64,000 nucleotides of DNA from positions 82,832,001 to 82,896,000 of the forward strand of contig OX597826.1 of assembly GCA_951406725.2 (NCBI GenBank), in the 5' to 3' direction. The DNA comes from Octopus vulgaris (taxonomy: Eukaryota). This document shows positions 25,726-39,048 of this stretch, in pieces. The notes below the pieces were generated by a model, which saw only the letters and a program-made list of their open reading frames with translations, was not told where the DNA came from and ran no database searches. Every line of letters begins with the position of its first letter. Position 1 is the first letter of the stretch. The position numbers were made by a program, and so were the translations under genes.

Positions 25726-27131
25726 GGGTGCATATATATATTTGTATATGTTTGTATGTATTTGATACAATATGAATTATGTCTACCCTCCTAAACCTGC
25801 ACATTTTAAACACAATTATGTTCAGTCAATATCTTCCCACGATTTGCCACTTGCTTTCGTGTTGTGTATTTGTGTCCTTCAGTTCCTTGATGTGGTTCGC
25901 TGACTCAGTCGTCTTCGAAACCAAAATCATCTCTATCCTACCAAATACAAAAGCAGGGAGAAATTATATATTGGGATAAGTTTAAACTTAAAATAAGATA
26001 TACACAAACAATCAATCGTCGTTGCAGCGTGTCGACAAGAAAAGCACAAACCTAGCTATGTATTAAGTTTCACGCAGTCATTTCAAATGTGTAGAAAATG
26101 CAAATCAAAGTCAACAAGGAATTGGAGTGTAACTGATTAACCAAAAATAAAATTAAAAGTGGAGATTTGTGTATTAAATGACTTAGAATAATATAAGGAA
26201 GAATAATGCATCTTGCTGACGAGTGGTTAAATGTCTCCATTTATAACTAAAGCATTTGGGAAACGGAGGTAAAATACATTACCGAAATCAAAACACGGGT
26301 TATAGAAGACATTTTAAACTACCATTGCAAAGAGACACCAGTTCTAAGAATGTAAGTTTGGAGAATATTCTTTCCTATCTCTTTCAAATGCATAGTAAAC
26401 ACTGACTTCTAGAAAGAAAGTAAAGTGAGACGACACTTCTCTCTCGTTTGATTTCTACGAAGTGACGAAACTTATAAATTGATGGTAAAAAGTTTGAAGA
26501 TATTATTAATAATATGATTTATAACACTTTGAAGTTGAAAGGATGCATTAAGAAGTTTAACAGTTGTGAAGTAAATATGGTCTTCAGCGGTGAATTTACG
26601 GCCACGTGCGTGAGCATCGCATTGGTTCCTGCATAACGCTTATGTAGGCATCATCTCTGTAGAGCAAAATGTCGACTTTGGAATATAAAGAATTGATATT
26701 ACTGAGCTTTTTACTCTATATTCGTATGATGTATGGCTGTTTTGGTTCCTGATTTTTGCTCCTCCTCTTCCAGTATCCATCAGTTCCAACATTTTACTAA
26801 TTAATTCTAAGCAATTGAAACAGAGATATCTTAAACCATATAAAAATATATGCTGTGATTCTATATTGAAGCAGTTCTTAAAGTGAAGTGTTCAGTTTGT
26901 ATGAACTTGTTACTCCCCAACTGAGCGACATATAGTTTATGTATGCTTCACAACTCCGCTAGACAAGAAAGCACGATCATTAGTCGAGGGACGTGGGAAA
27001 TGCAAGTGAGTTTCAGTGGTTATTGTCGTATGGTAAATGGCAAGATAATTCTCCGCACGTGACAGATCGTAAATTGTGTTTCCCTAGCAATCTACATTTG
27101 TTGAAGAATTATAGTTTTGATGCCTGAGAAG

Positions 27132-27168
<37 letters not shown>

Positions 27169-27471
27169 TCGTTCACACGCTGCGCCCGATATATTGCGCT
27201 ACGCCATCGATTACGTTGTAGAACGATTGTAAATATGAAAGATACACTAACACAGAGTAATGGGAGGCTGCTTCTAAACGACAGAGATAAACAATTGCTG
27301 TATCCCCATCATTGGTAAGTGTATGGAAGACAATGTGGGGAAGGAGGAGACAGAGGGAGGAGAAGGGTCAGGAAAGCTGATCGAAACAGAAAATGTCGTG
27401 AGAAAGCAAAAATAATTTTCTAAAGTAAAAAAAAAAGGCAAATTATTAAACAGAAAGCAAATAAGAGAAGG

Positions 27472-27527
27472 GAGCAGCAGCAGTAGCAGCAGCAGCAGTA
27501 GTAGTAGGGGTGGTGGTGGTGGTGGTG

Positions 27528-27567
<40 letters not shown>

Positions 27568-27606
27568 TGGTAGTGGTAGTAGTAGTAGTAGTAGTAGTAG
27601 TAGTAA
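27472..27606. repeat. (CAG)/(GGT)/(TAG)n compound microsatellite
   Basis: Direct inspection. Confidence 0.95.
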
Positions 27607-28049
27607 TGGCTTAGGGTCGATTTTGGAATAAGTCTTCTGAGAAGATGATTAAATTTAATGCAAAGTCATCTAAGCCGCAGCTCTCAAACAATTTAATATG
27701 AATAAGATTCACAATTGCAAACGTTGGGCGACTTTAATCGGTGGTTGTCACAATCGGAATAAATCAACTCTTAATCAGATGGAAATACTGACAGCGAAAA
27801 TAACTTAGAAATATTTTAGTATCACACCGACTTCAAAACTAAATGCGTTTTGCCATCTTTCACTTTAATACCTTTTGGCGTTTTCGCCATCTTTCTTCTT
27901 TTTTTCATTTTTAACAAATTCTTTCTAAATAGGCGATGCTGTAACTAAATTGATTTGCGTTCTTGTTTAAATTGTATTGTTTATCACAGTGGAATATTTT
28001 CCATATTAAATTTGTGAAGAAATTATATAGAATAAGTGTATAAGGACAG

Positions 28050-28186
28050 AATGATAATGATGATGATGATAATGATGATGATGATGATGATGATGATGAC
28101 GACGATGACGATGACGATACCGATGACGACGATGACGACGACGACGATGACGATGACGACGATAGCCACGATGACAATGGTGATGA
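28050..28186. repeat. (GAT)/(GAC)n microsatellite
   Basis: Direct inspection. Confidence 0.95.
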
Positions 28187-28369
28187 TTTCATATGCCAAC
28201 AGTTCAAGAAATGAAGGGGAAATACAAAAAGGGGGGATTTATATGAAATGAAGTGATTCGCCAAAAGAAGGCGAAAATCTACCCGGTGTACAATAAAATT
28301 AAAGAAACTGAGTATGCATGGCACACATCAGTAAAGCAAATATCAGGATTAACTCTGAGGATAATCGAA

Positions 28370-29125
28370 GAAGCCCACCACCCCTAACCTCCCCGAATAT
28401 CAAGGGCAGGTGATATTCAATCCCAGTTCTGTGACTCTCAGGTTTATGCCATCCACATTTGCTCTCCCCTAACAACTTTCAATAAATTCAACCGAGGACA
28501 GTACCACACTCTCCATCCTCATTTTCCATTTTAATTGAAACCTGAAAAGTTTAGATGAGAACTGTACGAAAGGGGATTTGTCCTCAGGCCATTCAACCTC
28601 GTCCACCAGACATAGGAAAACTGTTATATCTGCCTGGTTGATAGACAAATCCGTCCCGCATGCAACAGCAGGTGTTCCGCTTTCTTCCTGAAGTTGGCAA
28701 TGTCCTGACACTGAAAGACTGCATGCAGAACAGTTTCATCTTTCTGTGTGCATCTCGGACAAGCTCGTCTGACAGAACATCTATACCTACAGGGTTTATC
28801 TCAAACCGGTAGCACCCCCAAGTAGCACTGCCAGTACGAGGACCTCTTGTCTACCGACGACAAACGCCAACATATTTCGTTAACACCTTCGCCAAAATCT
28901 TAATTTCTGGGTTTCTGCGTCGAAAATTGCCAAGCGCGTTCCTTTGTCGGCGTCGTCCTTCCTGCGCAGCGTTACCACACTCTAGCCAAGAGCACCAGGT
29001 ATTTTGCATTTCTGAAGGTAAGTTAAGGGAGAGGTGTGACAGGAGGCCGCCAAACGTATCTGGCATACCTGGCGATTTGCAGTTTGTGGAACCTCTCATC
29101 GCCTCTTCTATTTCAGTGGTCATTT
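28370..29125 (-). mobile_element. Tx1/L1-clade LINE ORF2 relic, internally collapsed
   Basis: EIEEAM..KSPG, LGNFR..EIKILAKVL (RT N-terminal part) followed shortly by HAVFQC and FRFQLKWKMRME (C-terminal region). Confidence 0.75.
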
Positions 29126-29283
29126 CGCAAAATCTCCTGATGTATGTATATATGTATGTATGTATGTACGTATGTATGTATGTATGTATATCTGCGCGTG
29201 TGTGTATGTGTGTGTTTGTGTGTGTATGTACGTGTGTGTTTGCGTGTGTATGTGTGTGTGTGTATGTATGTGTGTGTTTGTGT

Positions 29284-29327
<44 letters not shown>

Positions 29328-30519
29328 CTTTGTGTCTAAAATTTACAATATACTAGCATGCCGAACACGTTACTCGTACGTTCGGTGATTCTATTCACAT
29401 TAAGTTCCCTATGTCCTATGCGCTGTGAATTCACTACTTTGGAAGACATTCAACCCATCAAATCGAATCTGCTGCGTTGGCAAACATAGAGACCAACGGA
29501 ATCACATTATGCTATGTCTTAAAAGCATAAATAACACCACATGCTGTGTGATAAACAATTACAGATATCGATATCCAAGCCATTCTATAATTCTTTTTTC
29601 TTCCATCTTTATTTTGTCCTTCTCACCACGTATTTTAACAAATACATCTATTCTAAAAATAAGAAACAATTTTACTTTTATTTAGCTTTCTGTAATGAAA
29701 TATAATTCTAATTTTCATATTTGTATTCGATTAAACTCATTGCTTTTTACGTTCAATCATTTTCTTGAAATTCCAGTCGAACATTTTCTGTGTGTGAACA
29801 ACTTTTTTTTACATTACAGTAAAGAGAAATAAAGTGAATCTATAATACACCAGTGTATTATTTGTGCATCTATCCTCTAATCAAGATGGAAGCTAAAATC
29901 ATTATCGATAGCTTTGAGCAGGTTTGATGGGAGCTTTTGCTTTTAGTTCATGTGCGCCTGATTGATTTCATTTGGAAAATTCTACTGATTTTAAGTTTCA
30001 CCAATAATTAAATCAAATTCTTTGTCGCTAGTAAAATACGAAAAGATATCTGAGGTTATTAATACAAAAAATAATATTTTAAGGCTCGTTATTTCAGTTC
30101 TCATTTCTCACGGCAATAATAGCAATGAGAAAATTGATTAGAAAACATAAAAGTAAACCAGCTTTCACATTAGAGACACCAAGAAAGTCTAATATGGGAC
30201 ATTGTTACAGATTCTGTTCGATGTCAGTGAAGGCACAAGGCACACAAGCACAATATAGGCACACACACACACAGACACACACAGACATACACATTGGGAG
30301 AAGGAGAGAGAAACAATCATAAGCACACATATATATTAGTAGATAGAAAGACAGAAGGCACCGAGCCTAGGTCCTTCCTTACACGGCATTGGTAAAAAGT
30401 AGAAGATAAGACTTTGGCCTTGACAGAGTAAATATTTGATACAATATAAATTAAGCTTACAGCGAACAGTTTCAAGTACTCATGTTTAAAACGTATTTCT
30501 GTCGCCAAACGAGGGTAGA

Positions 30520-30715
30520 CGAACAAGAACCTCTACAGCTATACAGTTCTATATTCAAGAGATGAGGAAATATGTAGATTATTTACAATTAACGGATATT
30601 TGCCCTCATCTTGTTTGTTGTTAACACAACGTTTCTGCTGATATACCCTCCAGCCTTTATCAAGTGTCTTGGGGAAATTTCTAACCTGGGTTCTCATTCC
30701 TTAGGTATTTTTCGA

Positions 30716-30717
<2 letters not shown>
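30520..30717 (-). mobile_element. Penelope-like pseudo-LTR with hammerhead-like motif at 30623-30668
   Basis: Reverse strand gacac-TTGATAA-a-ggctg..cagca-GAAA-cg-TT-gtgtt. Confidence 0.7.
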
Positions 30718-30772
<55 letters not shown>

Positions 30773-30776
<4 letters not shown>

Positions 30777-31000
30777 TAGTATATTATTTTTCGCGTGCTT
30801 TCACTTCACTACCGAGCGTAGCTCTGTGTGCCTTGGATATGTGCTGTGATTTGTTGTGATGCTCTGATGGTTATTGTATGGAAAGTGTTTTGCGTTGGAT
30901 GTGTGCAGTGCCTAGTAGTGCAATTTTCTGTATGTTATATATATCTGTTAGTCCTGGTGTTTTTGTTATGTATTTGTCTGAATATTTTTTTTATCATACC
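30773..31000 (-). mobile_element. R4/Dong-like LINE 3' end with (TAA)n tail at 30718-30772
   Basis: Reverse complement of 21310-21490 (IQKIALLGTAHI plus UTR). Confidence 0.9.
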
Positions 31001-31585
31001 TTGATAACATTCTTGACTTCAGAACGGAGATTTTCGGGCCATGTTTACATTTCAGGAGGTTCCTGCTAGCTTTTTGGAGCCCACAAGATGGCGGCACAGC
31101 CGGAAGTCGATAGTCAATAGCAGAGGGAGATAATCCCCAATTGTTTAACTTTGAGTAGTGAGTTATTTCCTCCTCCATATTTTGAAGAGGTCATGGGCCA
31201 ACAGGTTTTGGGATCTGACGATACGCCACAAAGCCCTTTGTGGACGGGAAACCTAAGGTAATCCCGTAAACTGGTTTTCCCTATTTTTGAGCAGGTACAG
31301 AAGCAAATATAACGAATCATTAAAGATGTGTTCTCGAATTTCTTTGTCTTCTTATTATATACATTATATACATTATCTTATATACATTATATATATTATT
31401 AAATTATTATATTGTTATATATATATATTGGTATACATACATATAAAACCGTCGTGTATTGAACTCCTGTACATTTGTTTAAATAATTAAAAACCGCCAG
31501 TCACATGGCATGCACGAGTTTTATGTGAACTTATCCGTTGTTCTCTATATATTGCAGTTAAAACAAACGCGGACAAACAATCGAT

Positions 31586-33389
31586 TCCATCTCCGTTTTG
31601 ATTTGTTGACTACTTGAATTGTTGTATCGTGAGTTAAATTGTTTTTACTTTTAATTTGCTCTTTTGTATCCAAAGAAACCTTATTTTGCTGTTTACGGCG
31701 ACCTTGTCGAGGCTTTTCCCCTTGTGTGAAGGGATGATAACGGAAGAGATTAGCTCCTCAGATGTGTCGTCGTCTGAGGAGGAGCTGGTGAAGAATCTGG
31801 AGAAAACAGATGAAGCGATGGAGGTAAGGAAGTTTGCAAAGGCGCTGAACGAGAAAAGTGAAGATATATACCTTGGCGATTTAAGCAAATTCAACGAAAT
31901 GCTTAAAGGGGTGCGGAATGAAGTAAAGATGTTCTCCCCCACCCTCAGTAAGACTACGGAAGCGGTGACAAGAAGAACTTTACTTTATAGAACTTACAGG
32001 GTGAAACACCAACGAACAGAGGTCGTAACAAAATCAGAGGTTGAAAGGGATTTGAGGCCCATATGGAAACAAGTAAAATACTTCACAAGGGGAAGGAAAT
32101 TTGCAACGGTGGAGGTGCGATTTGCATCAGAGGCTTTGGCCAGGCAACAAGCCGGGACTCCCCTCAAAACGGAGGATATACCTAGGAAGATGTGCTTCTC
32201 GGGTAAGGGTAGAAGAGATCCACCCCACCCCTGAGGTAGATGTTGCCTGGCTGGTAGCCGATATCCTACGGCAGATTTTGTTAACGTTTCCCTCTTGTTT
32301 GAAGGGGAAAATTATTTTTATAATTTTGGTGGAATGTTTATGCCAGTTGTTGTAAAAGTGGACAAGTCTCCTGTTAAAGATAAGTCCACCATGGATGGTG
32401 AGTAGGTCTTCGTTTGTCAAATTGATACTCTCTCGGTTCACTGGTTTCGGTGAACTGGAACCTTGGATTAAGCGTAGACCAAAGTTGGGAGCGTGGCAAC
32501 CCGAGTGTCGCCACGCACTCGCGCTTCTCTCCTGGACGGGTGATGCCAGTGGAAGGCATTCTATAGAGGATTGGTAGAGGATAAGTGTGAAGACACCCTG
32601 GGGGGAAACCCTGGGAGGAAACCCTGGGCTTTGATGACAGCTTGCCGGCTTCTTGTTCCAAAGGACATTTGGGCCAGGGCCTACCAATAGTTTCCAAAAG
32701 TCCCTGGCTTGGCAATGTTACTGAGGAGCCTTACCAGTTCGAGATAAACTCGTCGGACATGGCTCTTCTTGCGCGTCCACTTACTCAAGAGGCGAACAGA
32801 GCAGTGAATCTGTTCTGCACACGATTGTGCAGTTTCCAAAAATTTCGGAAATGTTGGTTTATGTTAAACAACAGTTGTCGTGTTTAGAAAGAGTACTGCT
32901 GTCTTCCGAGTCTATAATAAAAATTGTTCCACTGCCGTCTCTGGACAGAGAGGGTAAGGTTTGTTTGCGTAGTAGCTACAGCGAAAGAGGTTGTGTGGAA
33001 GACACGTATGAAAGAAGTGGTGACAGGCGTTTTCAACTCTGATCTGTTGTTGGTAAATCGCTTTGTTTTCCACCTCAGAAGGAAAATAAGGCTGGAAAGG
33101 AGACGCTTGTCACGTGGTACATACGGAAAAAGATGGAAGAAAGTTGCGAGTATGCTGAGAGTAAATGATCCTACTTGAACGAGAACAGAAAGGTAATCAA
33201 AGAGCTCAGAGGTGGAACGGGGTTTGAGGGGTCAGACCCGTTCCCCATCTTCCTTTTGTTATTTCATCTTGTTTGTTCATAGCTTAAATTTTAAATCATA
33301 ATTTACACATCTTGTTCATCTTACGATCGTCGACCCCCTCGGCTTTATATTGCCCCTCTATTTTGGTACTTTATGGACAATAAAGATTT
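31586..33389 (+). mobile_element. Tx1/L1-clade LINE, both ends present, large internal deletion, candidate 10-bp TSD
   Basis: 5' UTR, ORF1 N-half, ORF2 C-terminal remnants (LGAWQPECRHAL, WKKVASMLRVND), AATAAA at 33379; aacaatcgat 31576-31585 and aacaattgat 33390-33399. Confidence 0.8.
31734..32234 (+). pseudogene. Tx1-like ORF1 N-terminal part (RRM-like region)
   Basis: MITEEISSSD..RRTLLYRTYR..IWKQVKYFTRGRKFATVEVRF; frameshifts into VEEIHPTPEVDVAWL. Confidence 0.7.
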
Positions 33390-33977
33390 AACAATTGATC
33401 GCATCACTACATCTATTTGTGTGCGTGTGTATATGCATACACATATGTGTGCGTTTTTGTATGCATATGCATATGTATGTGTGAGAGAATATGTGTGTGT
33501 GCGTGTATGTGTGCATATGTGTGAATGTATATCTATATATATAAAACTCAACTTGTGTGTCTGTGTGTGTATCTGTGTGTGTATCTGTGTGTGTATCTGT
33601 GTGTATGTCTGTGTGTTTAACTTCCCGGCACATCTCCTCCTAGCCAACAAATCGTAGAACCACTAAAAATGGGTCACTTAAAGTTTAGGCGAATGAAAAT
33701 TGAAATTCATCTCGCAAGTGCAAAAATCGATAATGTGTTTGTTTAGGCCTTATCCCATGCATTGAATAGTGAACTTTACTCAGTCAGCTTTTTTACGTGA
33801 ACTGTGTTCACTACGCGTGCAAGCATGCGTAAATTGCATGAAAAATAGAAAAATCAAGATATAAAAACGAATCGCCGTAAACATTGTAGAAATTCGGCAA
33901 AGAAATGAATTTTCAGGATGTAGCCTAGAGGGTTTTTTCGTATTAATCGTTCGGACTTTGTGAACACATACCAATTA

Positions 33978-34344
33978 TCTATATATATAAAGCTGAAGTT
34001 GTCTGTGTAAGGCAGGTTTGGTAGCCTTCAACTAACACTATCTCCTCCGAGACCCTGCGGCGCAAGTTGACCAAAATTGAGACTATGATAGAAGAAGAAT
34101 TGCTGTTCCTTTTGTCGGAGGAAAAATTCAAATCGGACCATGTTAACGCCAAAGATTATTTATATCAAAAAGGTACTTTTTATCTATGAAAATCCCTATT
34201 TTTTTACGATTTTTTGACTGTCGCCATTTTTCGTGTATTTCAACCAGAAAAATGTTCACTTAAAGAGAATAACAAGCTACATAATGCAAAAGTTTTACTT
34301 TTCAAAAATTCCAATTCTAAAGCAACGCCGGGTGATACTGCTAG
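33978..34344 (+). mobile_element. Non-autonomous Helitron
   Basis: Starts TCtatatatataaag, ends gcaacgccgggtgatactgCTAG, inserted exactly between A (33977) and T (34345), no TSD. Confidence 0.85.
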
Positions 34345-34388
34345 TATACATATATATGTATATATATACACACGCACAGACTCACGCT

Positions 34389-34426
<38 letters not shown>

Positions 34427-36589
34427 TACACGCACTCGTATGTGTATGCATATACATATACATAAACCCACGCTCACACATAGCTGCACACTTTATAATA
34501 TATCATGCCTATGCATACTTGAGTGTTACTTTGTTGCTGAACCTCTGTAATATCTATTTGCAGTTTTTATAATGTGACCAACCCAGAGGAGGGTTCTACT
34601 TCAATAATATGTGGACGGTACATGACTCCTTCCTATGATGTACCCTGTCATATACTGATAACTAAAAATTTATATGATTAGATATACTTCTTTCTCTTAG
34701 CAATTCACCTTGTATGTCTATCGAAAGATAATTCGATTTGTATCATTACATCACCTACAAATCTCATATGTAAAGGAGTCACCGATAACTTATTTTTCCA
34801 TTACACTAATGCTCCTAGACTCTCTCCGGTCCCCCTTCTATTAAGCCCGTCGGCTTTTGGCCTATTCAAATGTTCTGGTACCTAATATTATAAAACTGCA
34901 CGATATAGATCTCTAAAAGATATGTTTTCGCTATGACTCGAACTAAGGCAGAAAGTACGAGGGTGCCATCCTGAAGCTTCACTCTAGCTAACATACTGTT
35001 CTATAGACGTTTCGGAATCAGTCAGTTCCGCTGTGTTTCGCATAGAAAATTCTGGATGGTGGGTCACAGTGTGCCACTGGAAACCTTTGTTTGTGACTCT
35101 GAACTGTTATCAGGAACGTGCAACATTTTGCACAGGTTGCTTAAATGGGATTTAATCTTCATAATAGACTTGCTGCAAACAGTTCACATCATATTTGCAT
35201 ACAATTTAAATGGTAGCACAAGGATTCGTTTAATATTTAACTTATTTTATTTACTGAGACACTTTCTCACCCAGCGTACTCTCGAAGTCTACCAAAGGCA
35301 ACACTGTCCCTAACAATTATGATTTTATTTCATTGTAAAAAGCACTTTTCCTTGAGAGAGTGTTGTCCAAATATACCAACCCATCGGCGCTTAGTATTAG
35401 GGGATTCTTCACTGTGATTACTTACATCACGCACTCATTCTGGAACTGTTTGGTGCATGATCTCCGTTGTCTTTGTGTAGACAATGAGGCAAAGCAATTA
35501 CAGATAGACTAAAACATGTGCATTTTTCAATGCAGTCCAATCCAGTATTTTCGTCCAGGGCAGTACTTTTGTTCTTTCCTTAGATTATATATTTCCTAAG
35601 AAAATTTGTTCTTAGGAAAACTATAATTATCGCCGCATCAAATTCTTGACCCTAAACACTATGGAATTTCTAGTTTGCCAACATTCTTTTTGTTTAGTTA
35701 GACATTATATTTCTTAATGCCACTCTGCCATAGCTCCAATCCTACTGAAGATGTTCTATGACATGACCTGTATTGTAAGACTACTACACTGGCGGTATCT
35801 TGAAAATATTGGATTAATGGAACTTTGCAACTGATTGTAATTGAAGAATTTTAAATAATAGAGACAGCAGATCTCAAACAATTACCGTCTATTAGCACAC
35901 GCGTTTGTCTTTTTTCGATGTTGTCTTGTATTTATTAATTTGATAATTTATTTTGGCTATAATTACTTCATTGTATGATATAATTACGTCAAGATGATAC
36001 CTCGGAGAATTTTTAAATCTTGCAATTATTTTAATGTTAATTTATTAATTATTTGCTGCTGATTCAAAGAAATTTAATTGCACATGTCTAAGTCCTCCAA
36101 TGTTTTCCGATGCTCTAGCATTGCTCTCTGCATGTGACAAAATTTCAAATAGTTTTGCCCTTAAGCTTTCTTCTTCTTCTTAACAGTACTTAATAATTTC
36201 TCATTATTTTATGAGGAAAGAGAAAATACGAATAATTATTCATTGTGTTCTTTATAGCGCTTACTCTCAAATTTGAACCGTTAGAATTAAATAATCTATC
36301 TTGTTGTGGAAGCTTAGCTTGAGGGTAGATCTGAATGGGTAAGAGTATAATCAAAAGGATTCCAATCATGACCATCCCGTTTTATTTTCCTACTTCTCTG
36401 TCGAAATCATTATCCGACGCGGTCCTTCGTTATTTATTTACTTTGTTACAGTCGGACGGGATGTGACCGTTTCTTTTATATTCAGATCTACTGGCTTCAT
36501 TGAGAGTATTAAAAGATATTGAAAGGCGAAATAATTCAGATATTAGACATAAATCAAAGCATTTCAGTTCTATGTAAATATATAATGGA

Positions 36590-37565
36590 CATTGTCTGAA
36601 ATCTTTCAATATAATGTCTGGTCTATTCGCATCTACCTTTCTGTCAGTTTGAACAGTAAAGTTCCAGAGGAGTGAAATGTGATCATTTTCAAGCACTGGA
36701 GGTGGTTTGTATTCCTACTAGTTTTTATCAAGGGGCAGATGCAGGTCTTCGCAAATGACCCGGTGAATATTCTGTGCCGCTCTATCATGGCTGTTGAGAT
36801 ACTCTGTAGGCGCAAGAAGGGTACTCATGGAGACAACATGATGAATGGTTCCATTTTGCTGTTTACATACACATGTTGGGCTACTGCCTTTCATTAAGAT
36901 GTTGGCCTGGTAGCTTTTTGTAGGTAGGCATTGATCTTAGGCTGCTATGATAAACCCTTCTGCTTAATTTTAAGCAAGAAAACACTAGCCATTGATGAGT
37001 AAGGGCTTTGTCATCATCGACATTATTAGCTATTGAGAGGTTTTTTCTTGCCATTTATCAGTCGGAATATCTAAGGCAGCAGTTTTAGCAACGGTTTTCA
37101 TACGCTTAGCCTTTTCTGTTCGTCTGATTCTGGGATTTGTTGTATTTGGAATTCACTTAGATATTTCCTTGCCTGTTTTCTTACTGAGCGCGCGGTTTTC
37201 TTGTTTTCGTCTTTTAAGACTTTTAGCATCCAGGGTGGTGCATTCCATTTTCTGTCAACAATTTTCGTATTTTTCTGTCAAAATTACAGTTTTCAGTAAC
37301 TGACCAATCAATTATATAGAAACTGCAAGTCACGACCGGTATGGCTAAACTATTGATCGCTTCGATCTCGTTTCTTATGTTCAGCTTTCTCTTGAGTATT
37401 TCCCTTGTCCTGCGATAACATCCTTTTCATATCTTTCCCTTCATCATTGAATGTTTGATTGCATCCCCTTCACATAACCCTAGATATTTGTAGCCCTCCT
37501 CTGGTTCCAACTCCTTTATAACTTTCGGTCGGTCCAGTATTAAGTCCTTTATAACGTTTTGCTGG
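36590..37565 (-). mobile_element. R4/Dong-like LINE fragment (late RT to RLE)
   Basis: YKYLG, HVVSMS..YLNSHDR, LENDHISLLWNFTVQTDRKVDANRPDIILKD. Confidence 0.88.
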
Positions 37566-37571
37566 TAAAGT

Positions 37572-37626
<55 letters not shown>

Positions 37627-37627
37627 C

Positions 37628-38693
37628 ATCTCTTTATCACAGGTTTTGTCGGAGCTCCTGGAGTCTTCCATGCATAGCGGGCTTACTACCTGCAGCCTAC
37701 GGTACTATGCTTTTCGTTCTTCTCAGCTATCCAATACTTTGCTGGTTATTCTGGCCGTGCCAACGAGGCAATCCTTTTCTAACACTTCTACTGGGCGCTC
37801 TATTCCAACTTCCTGTATATTCCTCTTGACGCCTTCTGATACTGTTCCCAAAAACCCAACAACAATTGGCACTATCTTCACTTTTATTTTCCATAGCCGG
37901 GCTATTTCCTACTTAAGAGGATGGTATTTATCTATCTTTTCGCCTTCCTCCTTGACTAGTCGTGGATCAAAGGGGCATGCAACTTCAACTATATAGCATA
38001 ATGTGGGACATCTTGTCCACCACTAAAAGGTCCGGTCTGTTATGCTCTAACACCTGATCTGTTTGGTTTGGGAAATCCTATCGTATTTCGCTAGTCTTCG
38101 ACTCTGTCACTCTTTGCCGTTTCTGCTCATACCACGTCTTGCCTCTCTCTAGCCCCCACTCTTCGCAGTTTCCAATTTAGAACTTTCGCTACCTGGTTAT
38201 CACCACACCTCGTACTGGTTTTGGGCAAGTCTGGGGCATTTGCTCGTGATATGGGCAATGGTTTCATCCACTCTATTGAAGTTGCAGCACAGCGGAGACA
38301 CTTGCTCATTCCTAAGGTTGAGCTTCCAGTTCGTAGCTAAAGCTTGGTCCTGCGCTGCCAGTACAATGCTCTCGGTCTCTTTTTTTAGTGTTACTTTCAT
38401 CAGCCAATCCCACATATTTTTCCAACAACTTCTGTTGTGGCTACATGGAATTGATTGCGTAGTCCCTTCTTGCGTAATTCTTCTTCATGTCTTTTATTTG
38501 TACTTCTTCCTTTGTTTCCCTTTTGTTCTCTGCTCTCAATACTCACTCGTTCTTGACTGTCACTCGCAAGGTTTCTTTACTTTAGGCTAGATACCATCTC
38601 ATTAAGTTCTCGAGTTCGATGCACACGCAGTCTTCCACACATATTAGTTCCCTTCCTCCATTCCTCACTTCATGTATAAGCGATCAGTGTCTT
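37628..38693 (-). mobile_element. R4/Dong-like LINE 3' fragment with (TAA)n tail at 37574-37627
   Basis: WDWLMKVTLKKETESIVLAAQDQALAT..DETIAHITSKCPRLAQ..RPDLLVVD..LEKDCLVGTARI. Confidence 0.92.
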
Positions 38694-38709
38694 CAGTAGT
38701 AGTAGTAGT

Positions 38710-38749
<40 letters not shown>

Positions 38750-38925
38750 CTAGATTAGAACCAGATCAATATATTTCCTCGAACGTCAAAGAACGTGAGA
38801 CCAAAGATATTCTTGCCGTGGCCTTGTCGTCTTTTATCAAACATAGTCTATATAGAACCGTATTATTTAATGAATTTGTCCTGTTTTTTTTTTCTAACAT
38901 TTGGTTGCTTCTTCCAGCAAGACGA

Positions 38926-38978
<53 letters not shown>

Positions 38979-39000
38979 GCCCCTAGTGGGTAATAAAGAA

Positions 39001-39048
<48 letters not shown>

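Noticed and set aside
31000-31330. GC-richer segment as a separate gene or LINE fragment
   Set aside because: Short ORFs without diagnostic motifs; cannot be assigned
34560-35900. Possible host exons or DNA transposon in higher-complexity sequence
   Set aside because: No recognisable protein motif, consistent reading frame or convincing splice pair
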